Source of the DNA: Pirellula staleyi DSM 6068
Lineage (GTDB): Bacteria > Planctomycetota > Planctomycetia > Pirellulales > Pirellulaceae
Reading direction: 5' to 3'
DNA length: 32,000 nt
NCBI GenBank assembly: GCA_000025185.1
Contig: CP001848.1
Coordinates: 4,260,001-4,292,000 of the forward strand
Shown piece by piece: positions 26,515 through 32,000 of the stretch. The first letter of the stretch is position 1, and the number at the start of each line of letters is the position of its first letter. The notes beneath the pieces are model-generated. The model made no database searches. It worked only from the letters and a program-made list of their open reading frames with translations, and was not told the DNA's origin. The position numbers and the translations under genes were made by a program.

Positions 26515-27363
26515 TCAGCTTGGGAGTTTCTGAAAGAGCCAGGGTTGGAGGCGTTTGTAGCCCTCGAGAAGGTCGGAGACCCCCTCAGCAGCACCTGCTA
26601 GAAGCAATCCACCTGGAACAATCTGCTTGCGAATGTGTGCGAGAACTCGCAGTTTCGAAGTGTCATCGAAGTAGATCATCACATTCTTCAGGAACACGAG
26701 ATCAAACGGCATTTCGGCAAGGGGCTCCAGCAAGTTGTGCTGCCGAAATCGAATCATCGAGGTGAGTGCTGGTTTGGCCTTCCAAGTGGTGTCGGGCACC
26801 GTTTCGGTAAAGTATTTGCTCTTCAGTTCCGCTGGCACGAGTCGCATCGCACGCAGCGAGAATTCAGCGCGATTGGCCTGCTCGATCGCTCCGATACCGA
26901 TGTCGGTGCCGACGATATTGACCTTCCAACCAGGACTGCCGAGCAGCGCTTGCGAAATACACACAGCGGTGGTGTAGGCCTCGTCCCCAGTGCTGGAAGC
27001 AGCCGACCAAATGCGGAGTGAGCGTTGACGCTTTCCTTTACTTGCCAGGGCGATCATCTCAGGCAAGTAGTTCTTCTCGAGCCAGGTCCAGTGCTGCTGA
27101 TCACGAAACAGGTAGGTCTCGTGCGTCGTTACTTCCTGAAGAAAATGGTCCCACTCATCGTGGTCGGTCTTCAGGCTTTTCAGGTGTTTGTAGTAGGCAT
27201 CAAAGCTGACGATGCCAGTAGCGCGAAGTCGGCGGCGGAGCCGATTCGAGAGCAGGGCTTTCTTCTGCTCCGAGATACGAATGCCGGTAACCTCGTAGAT
27301 GAGAGCGACGAACTGCTGCATGAGCTTGTCGCCGATTTCGCTTTGGATAGTCGCGGTGGTCAT
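26515..27363 (-). CDS. cheR: Chemotaxis protein methyltransferase CheR
   Basis: The supporting blocks are the N-terminal helical domain (FVALIYEVTGIRISEQKKALLSNRLRRRL), THETYLFRD, LRIWSAASSTGDEAYT (SAM-binding), VGTDI and FDLVFLKNVMIYFD. Confidence 0.9.
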   Translation of the reverse strand: MTTATIQSEIGDKLMQQFVALIYEVTGIRISEQKKALLSNRLRRRLRATGIVSFDAYYKHLKSLKTDHDEWDHFLQEVTTHETYLFRDQQHWTWLEKNYLPEMIALASKGKRQRSLRIWSAASSTGDEAYTTAVCISQALLGSPGWKVNIVGTDIGIGAIEQANRAEFSLRAMRLVPAELKSKYFTETVPDTTWKAKPALTSMIRFRQHNLLEPLAEMPFDLVFLKNVMIYFDDTSKLRVLAHIRKQIVPGGLLLAGAAEGVSDLLEGYKRLQPWLFQKLPS

Positions 27364-27416
27364 GCGTGGTTCAAGTTGCCGTTACGAGGTTTAGGTGAAA
27401 TCAAAAACCAGTAGGT

Positions 27417-27444
27417 GGGGCCTTGGCCAAACTGCCAAAGCCCC
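27417..27444 (-). other. Stable RNA hairpin in the mcp-cheR spacer (possible partial terminator or processing signal)
   Basis: On the transcribed (minus) strand, GGGGCTTTGGC-AGTTT-GCCAAGGCCCC forms an 11-bp stem with one G.U pair. A TTTTT run (complement of 27403-27407) follows, but only after 9 nt, so this is not a canonical intrinsic terminator. Confidence 0.35.
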
Positions 27445-27504
27445 GCAGTAAATCAAGCTCGTTATCGAATGAGAATCGATCTGCGAGCCGAATGACTAGC
27501 TCGA

Positions 27505-29631
27505 CTATTCCGTGCGGAAGCGACGAACGAGATCTCGGAGCGAGGCGGCCTGAGCCCCCAGTTCTTCGCTGCTCGAAGCCATCTCTTCCGAAGCGGCTGC
27601 CGATTGCTCGGTGACGTGCGAAACCTGCTGAATCGCGTTGGCGACTTCGCCTGCGTTCTGAGCTTGCTCGACAGTCGACGTGGCAATTTCGCTGATCTTC
27701 TTGGCGGTCGAGTCGACCCCTTGAATGATTCGCTCGAGGGCCTTGCCGGTCTGTTCGCTCAGCTTGGCACCATCGCTCACACGCTGGGTCGATTCCTTGA
27801 TCAGCTTCGAAATCTCCTTCGCTGCTTCGCTCGAACGTTCGGCCAGTTTGCGAACTTCGTCGGCCACCACAGCGAAACCGAGACCATGTTCGCCAGCACG
27901 TGCTGCTTCGATCGCAGCGTTGAGGGCCAGCAAGTTCGTTTGGCTCGCGATTTCGGAGATCACTTGAATGATCTCGCTGATCTGTTCCGACGAGTTCTTG
28001 ATGAGATCCATGGCTTCGATCGACTTTTGGACAGCCGATCCACCTTCTTCCGCCATGCGGCTGGTTCCAGCAGCGAGTTCGTTGGCTTGGCCAGCGTTGT
28101 CCTTCACTGCTTCGATGCTGCGGGTGAGTTCTTCGATCGAGGCACTCATCTCTTCGACCGAAGCGCTCTGAGTCTGAGCCCCTTGGGCTTGCGACTGGGC
28201 GTTTTCGGCGATGATACGCGAGCCTTCGGCGAATTGACCGGCACCTTCCACCACTTGCGAGATGATGCTGCGCAGGTCGCCCATCATGCGGCGGAAACCG
28301 TCGGCCAATTGACCGAGGGCATCAGTGCCATTGAACGAGACATCTTTCGTCAAGTCGCCACCAGCGGCAGCTGTGACGACAGCCAAAAGATCGTCGACTT
28401 TACGGCGGAGTTCTTCCTGGTTCTGGCGATCGCGTTCCTGATTCTCTTGCTCGCGACGGGCGGCAGCTTTGCGTTCGGTAATCACTTCCCAGGCCACCAT
28501 CGGACCAGCGTAGTTCCCTTCGGAATCGTAAATGGCCGAAGCTTGCAGCGAGAGAATCTCGTCGGCAATCTTGATTTCGGTGGCGTGAGGAAGATTGCGA
28601 GGATCGCTCAGCAGACGGCGCTGATGGGCTGGGTTTTTGTGGAACACGTCATAGCTGCTACCGACGATCTGATCGACCTTGATCGGGAGAAGATGTTCGA
28701 TAGTCTTGAGCGTGCGACGAGAGTTGGGGTTGATGTAGGTGATGATCCCTTGCAAGTTGGCGAGCATCAGGTTGATCGGTGCGTTTTCGACAATCGCCGA
28801 TTTTTCAGCAGCCGCTTGTTCGAGACGACGATTCTCGGTGATGTCGGTGGCGTATTTCACCACCTTGTAAGGCTTACCTTCTTTGTTCACGAGCACGTTG
28901 TAGCGGGCTTGCAGCCAAACTTCGCGTCCACCTTTGGCAACGCGGCTGTAACGACCTTCATCCGACTCGCCGCGGTTCAGCTTGGCCCAGAAGGCTTTGT
29001 ATTCGGGGGATTTGGCATGTTCGTGCGAGGCGAACATGCTGTGATGCTGTCCCTTGATCTCGTCGAGCGAATAGCCCATCGTCTTCGAGAAATTGGCGTT
29101 GGCATGGAGGATCGTGCCATCCATTTTGAATTCAATTACGGCTTGCGAGTCGTTAATGGCAGCAATCTGTTGCTGATAGTCGAGGTTGCGGCTCTCGATG
29201 AGGAGTTTTTCGGTGACCACTTCCCATGTGACGAGGGGGCCCATGTACTTGCCTTCGGCGTCGTAGGTAGGGCTGACGAGCAGGTCGGCATACTGATCGC
29301 CGATTTGAATCGTCGAACGCTTAGGGAGATTCCGTTCGTTTGAAAGAATGCGGCGCTGGTGCGACGGATCTTTGTGGAAGATGTCGATGCTCTGGCCGAG
29401 GATTTCTTCGGCTTTCACGGGAAGAAAACGCTCGAGTGTCTTTAGCGTGGCGAGGCTCGCTGGGTTCACGTAGGTGATGTGCAGATTCGTATCAGCGAGC
29501 AAGATGTTGATGGGCGAGTTTTCGGCCATCGCGCGGTTGAGCGCTAGTTCTTGCTGCAGTTTTTTGACTTCGCTTTGTGCACTTTTTGGAGCGGCCTTCG
29601 TGGTTGTCGTTTTCGATACTGCCTTGGGCAT
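27505..29631 (-). CDS. Soluble methyl-accepting chemotaxis protein: PAS-PAS-PAS-HAMP-like-MA signalling domain
   Basis: I see no hydrophobic TM segment. There are three PAS-like modules at about aa 36-142, 155-268 and 281-387. A GDLT-containing HAMP-like linker follows. The highly conserved hairpin tip is [41 protein letters not shown]. Methylation-site consensus pairs are ASVEEMSA and AASEEMAS. There is no C-terminal NWETF-type pentapeptide. Confidence 0.93.
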   Translation of the reverse strand: MPKAVSKTTTTKAAPKSAQSEVKKLQQELALNRAMAENSPINILLADTNLHITYVNPASLATLKTLERFLPVKAEEILGQSIDIFHKDPSHQRRILSNERNLPKRSTIQIGDQYADLLVSPTYDAEGKYMGPLVTWEVVTEKLLIESRNLDYQQQIAAINDSQAVIEFKMDGTILHANANFSKTMGYSLDEIKGQHHSMFASHEHAKSPEYKAFWAKLNRGESDEGRYSRVAKGGREVWLQARYNVLVNKEGKPYKVVKYATDITENRRLEQAAAEKSAIVENAPINLMLANLQGIITYINPNSRRTLKTIEHLLPIKVDQIVGSSYDVFHKNPAHQRRLLSDPRNLPHATEIKIADEILSLQASAIYDSEGNYAGPMVAWEVITERKAAARREQENQERDRQNQEELRRKVDDLLAVVTAAAGGDLTKDVSFNGTDALGQLADGFRRMMGDLRSIISQVVEGAGQFAEGSRIIAENAQSQAQGAQTQSASVEEMSASIEELTRSIEAVKDNAGQANELAAGTSRMAEEGGSAVQKSIEAMDLIKNSSEQISEIIQVISEIASQTNLLALNAAIEAARAGEHGLGFAVVADEVRKLAERSSEAAKEISKLIKESTQRVSDGAKLSEQTGKALERIIQGVDSTAKKISEIATSTVEQAQNAGEVANAIQQVSHVTEQSAAASEEMASSSEELGAQAASLRDLVRRFRTE

Positions 29632-29772
29632 GGGTCGTTACTCACTTCACGGATTGAATTGGACAAGATTAGTTTGGGCGGAGACTAAAGCACGCTGCTG
29701 GCGCGAGGAGCTGCGCTCGGAGCATGCGAGGATGACAACAAAATCGAGCAGTTGGTGGGAATGAGCAGTCGC

Positions 29773-30261
29773 TTAGCGAATCTCTTCCTCCGACAAAATG
29801 CGATCGATATCGAGCAGGATCAGCAGGCGTTTCTCGAGCTTCACAAGCCCGGTGAGATATTGCCGGCCAAGACCTGCCACGGTGGGAGGAGGTGGCGCGA
29901 TTTGTTCTTTGGCAACGCGCAGAACTTCGCTGACCGCGTCGACCACGATGCCAATGGTGCGTCCATTGATGTTCACCACCATGATGCGTGTTTCATCGGT
30001 TGGTGGTTGCTCGGGCATACCAAAACGCAAACGCAGGTCGACGATCGGAATGACCGTGCTGCGCAGGTTGATAAGACCTTTGATGAACACGGGTGTTTGT
30101 GGCACGCGTGTTATTTCACCGAGCAAGATGATCTCTTGCACTTTGGTGATTTCGATTCCGTATTCCTCTTCATGCAGTCGGAAGCTGACCAGCTGCAGTG
30201 TGGAAGTACCTTCGCCTACATGCTTTCCATGCGCAGGCTTCTCACGACTAAGCGTAGACAA
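29773..30261 (-). CDS. cheW: Chemotaxis coupling protein CheW
   Basis: The supporting sequence is LQLVSFRLHEEEYGIEITKVQEIILLGEITRVPQTPVFIKGLINLRSTVIPIVDLRLRFG...RIMVVNINGRTIGIVVDAVSEVL. The frame has no ATG near the 5' end. TTG 30261 is preceded by GAGGAG with a 7-nt spacer, so I prefer it to the track start, TTG 30276, which has no Shine-Dalgarno. Confidence 0.88.
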   Translation of the reverse strand: MSTLSREKPAHGKHVGEGTSTLQLVSFRLHEEEYGIEITKVQEIILLGEITRVPQTPVFIKGLINLRSTVIPIVDLRLRFGMPEQPPTDETRIMVVNINGRTIGIVVDAVSEVLRVAKEQIAPPPPTVAGLGRQYLTGLVKLEKRLLILLDIDRILSEEEIR

Positions 30262-30968
30262 CGTGCGGCTCCTCAACGAAATGAGAACTCAGGGCCCAGA
30301 GAAGTGATTAGTACCGTCAGTCGGAACGCGCGCAGCTTCGCAAGGTGAGTTGCGAGAGAGTGATCGCGTTCGTTGTCGGGATCTAGTTCAACGAATGAAA
30401 GACGTGCGAGACGCTGACGCGGCGCGGTTGCCACGAAAGGTGGCGACGCACTGCGACATGCTCGCTGCGGATCACACGATTTGCTGCAGGCAGATGCAGA
30501 AGAGAGGTGATCGCAAACTTCGTCGTTTCATTGACCCAACACTGGGGGCAGGAGGCGCTGTGATTCTGCAAGTCACGACAATCGACTGGCAGAGCAGCGT
30601 TCTCGGTCGGGTACGAGCGTTTTCGGAAGTGCGCATCGCAAAACTTCACTGATCGGACGACTTTATCTAACTGTTTCAGATTCACGCCCTGCATCGTCGG
30701 AAGCGTCGACGCTGCGCGTCAAAATCGGTTTAATCGGTTTCGTCCAAAGCGTTCAGAACGCCTCCGCTAGGGGAGTTACTACGGTTTACCGCCCGGTAGT
30801 TATTTCGATTTGACTCCGCTTGCGCGAGTCCTACGTTTGGCTGTCCCGAAGATTTAATGGCGAATGTTGCGCTTGAAAAAGTTTTCAGTCACACGTTTGC
30901 CAGCGGGATCAAGCGACAGCCACGGCGAACCACTCGCCTAGCCTTAAGAACCAATGGGGAAGTTAACG

Positions 30969-31331
30969 ATGAGCGCTCGTGTACTCGTTGCCGATGATTC
31001 CAGCACCATGCGGAAGATTATTCTTCGTTCGCTGCAAGCTGTCGGGGTTCCCTCGGCAGTGGAAGCGGGCGATGGCGAAGAAGCAGTTGCACTGTTTCAG
31101 CAGTCGACCTTCGATCTGGTGCTGACCGACTGGAATATGCCCAAGAAGAATGGTCTGGAAGTGATCCAGGAAATTCGCAAGCTCAACGCCACGGTGCCAA
31201 TCATCATGGTGACCACCGAAGCGGAAAAAACTCGCGTGCTGGAAGCCATCCAAGCTGGCGTTTCCGATTATCTGGTGAAACCTTTCACCGCCGATACGCT
31301 CCGTCAAAAGCTGGAAAAGTTCGGCTGCTAG
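30969..31331 (+). CDS. cheY: CheY-like single-domain response regulator (second copy, divergent from the che operon)
   Basis: The sequence is MSARVLVADDSSTMRKIIL...FDLVLTDWNMPKKNGLEVI...IIMVTTEAE...VSDYLVKPF. The DWNMP block is the classical CheY signature. GGGAAG lies 6 nt upstream of ATG 30969. The track start, 30954, is 5 codons earlier. Confidence 0.9.
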   Translation: MSARVLVADDSSTMRKIILRSLQAVGVPSAVEAGDGEEAVALFQQSTFDLVLTDWNMPKKNGLEVIQEIRKLNATVPIIMVTTEAEKTRVLEAIQAGVSDYLVKPFTADTLRQKLEKFGC

Positions 31332-31352
31332 TCGATTCGCAGCGTGAATCGA
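31332..31352 (+). terminator. Short hairpin immediately after the cheY stop codon (weak terminator candidate)
   Basis: TCGATTC (31332-31338) pairs with GAATCGA (31346-31352) around a 7-nt loop. No U-tract follows. Confidence 0.25.
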
Positions 31353-31423
31353 TGACTTCGAAAGCAGATTGGCTTAAAAAATAGTGCCAGGCGATGGCGG
31401 TGCCACGTGTACCGCTGATCGCC

Positions 31424-32000
31424 TTACGGCATTTCTTGAACGATCTCGAGCGCTGTGTCGGTTTGGCGATAGGTGAGCTTCAGCGGGCCGAGTGCCTCGC
31501 GAAGCAATTCTTCGAGCGTAACATCCTTCACTTGAAACGACACATTCTGCGCCAGTAGCTGGGCCACTTCAGCGTCGAAGACAAGCGTGAGCTTCAGCTG
31601 CGTGGCAATAGTTTTGGCTACAGCCCCGGCAGGCTGATTCTCAACAGTGAGTGTGTACCGTTTTTCGCCCGTCCGAACCTGAGTGCTGCGCACCTGTTCG
31701 CCGCGCACCAAACGGTTGATCGTCTCGTGGTCTTCGAAACGGGCGACCACGCGCACTTCGTCACTCGTAGGGGTGATGGTCGCTTCGGGAAACATGCGGC
31801 GCAGATCGGCGGCGAGTTTTCCTCCGCGACCTTTGGCAGCATAGGTGTGGTCGTAAGTGGGATTGTCGGGCAGGGGAGTGACCCGCGCGAGCAGACCATC
31901 TTTCGAGATCTCGATCTGCCTATCGAACTGCGCGAGGATCAGCGACAGTTGATCGACCACCGGCATCGCGGGGAGCGAAGCGTCGCGCCAAACATCGTGC
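31424..32000 (-). CDS. Hypothetical protein, C-terminal part (reading frame stays open to the window edge)
   Basis: The frame continues upstream of the track's Met (…HDVWRDASLPAMPVVDQL…) with no stop before position 32000. The C-terminal segment VSFQVKDVTLEELLREALGPLKLTYRQTDTALEIV resembles STN/secretin-N-type small alpha/beta modules, but I cannot assign a family. Confidence 0.45.
   Translation of the reverse strand, partial: HDVWRDASLPAMPVVDQLSLILAQFDRQIEISKDGLLARVTPLPDNPTYDHTYAAKGRGGKLAADLRRMFPEATITPTSDEVRVVARFEDHETINRLVRGEQVRSTQVRTGEKRYTLTVENQPAGAVAKTIATQLKLTLVFDAEVAQLLAQNVSFQVKDVTLEELLREALGPLKLTYRQTDTALEIVQEMP

Noticed and set aside
27604-29343. 579-aa plus-strand ORF opposite the MCP gene
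   Set aside because: It is antisense to the unmistakable MCP signalling domain. Ala/Glu/Gln-rich coiled-coil genes routinely leave stop-free antisense frames. The translation is Phe/Arg/Leu/Asp-rich low-complexity sequence.
27364-29772. Both spacers flanking the mcp gene are exactly 141 nt long
   Set aside because: I compared the two spacers by eye and found no sequence similarity. The equal length looks like coincidence.
30350-30652. 100-aa plus-strand ORF in the che control region
   Set aside because: It starts at a TTG without a Shine-Dalgarno, has an Arg/Asp-rich low-complexity translation, and is antisense to the slightly more plausible minus-strand ORF discussed in the findings.

Overview
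This window looks like a moderately GC-rich chromosomal fragment from a Planctomycetota (Pirellulales-like) genome. The lineage call rests on three markers. There are two prepilin-leader DUF1559 / H-X9-DG proteins, a giant PVC-type dehydrogenase-HEAT-CxxCH heme protein, and an MfnB (DUF556) homologue. I can support about 29 protein-coding genes. I found no rRNA, tRNA, CRISPR array, IS element or phage gene by eye.

Gene content from left to right:
- the 3' end of ilvD
- a minus-strand acyltransferase followed by a two-gene osmoprotectant-type ABC importer
- a DUF1559 gene paired with a small lipoprotein gene
- a DinB-family gene
- a second DUF1559 paralogue
- a ChlI-like AAA+ ATPase
- a small TPR protein
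- a beta-barrel outer-membrane protein
- an orphan PAS histidine kinase
- the PVC heme protein
- a small membrane protein translationally coupled to the mfnB-like gene
- two small genes, one of them PHA-granule-like

The right third (about 20.2-31.3 kb) holds the most system-like feature. It is a compact minus-strand chemosensory cluster, cheW-mcp-cheR-cheA-cheC-cheD-cheY, followed on the same strand by an ABC1/UbiB-type kinase. A second cheY is transcribed divergently across a roughly 700-bp control region. The only receptor is soluble, with three PAS domains of which the first and third are an internal duplication. CheA has two Hpt domains and a doubled dimerisation hairpin. No cheB is present.

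Everything here comes from hand reading of the supplied translations and sequence. No database search was run, so family names are recognition-based and start sites are inferred.
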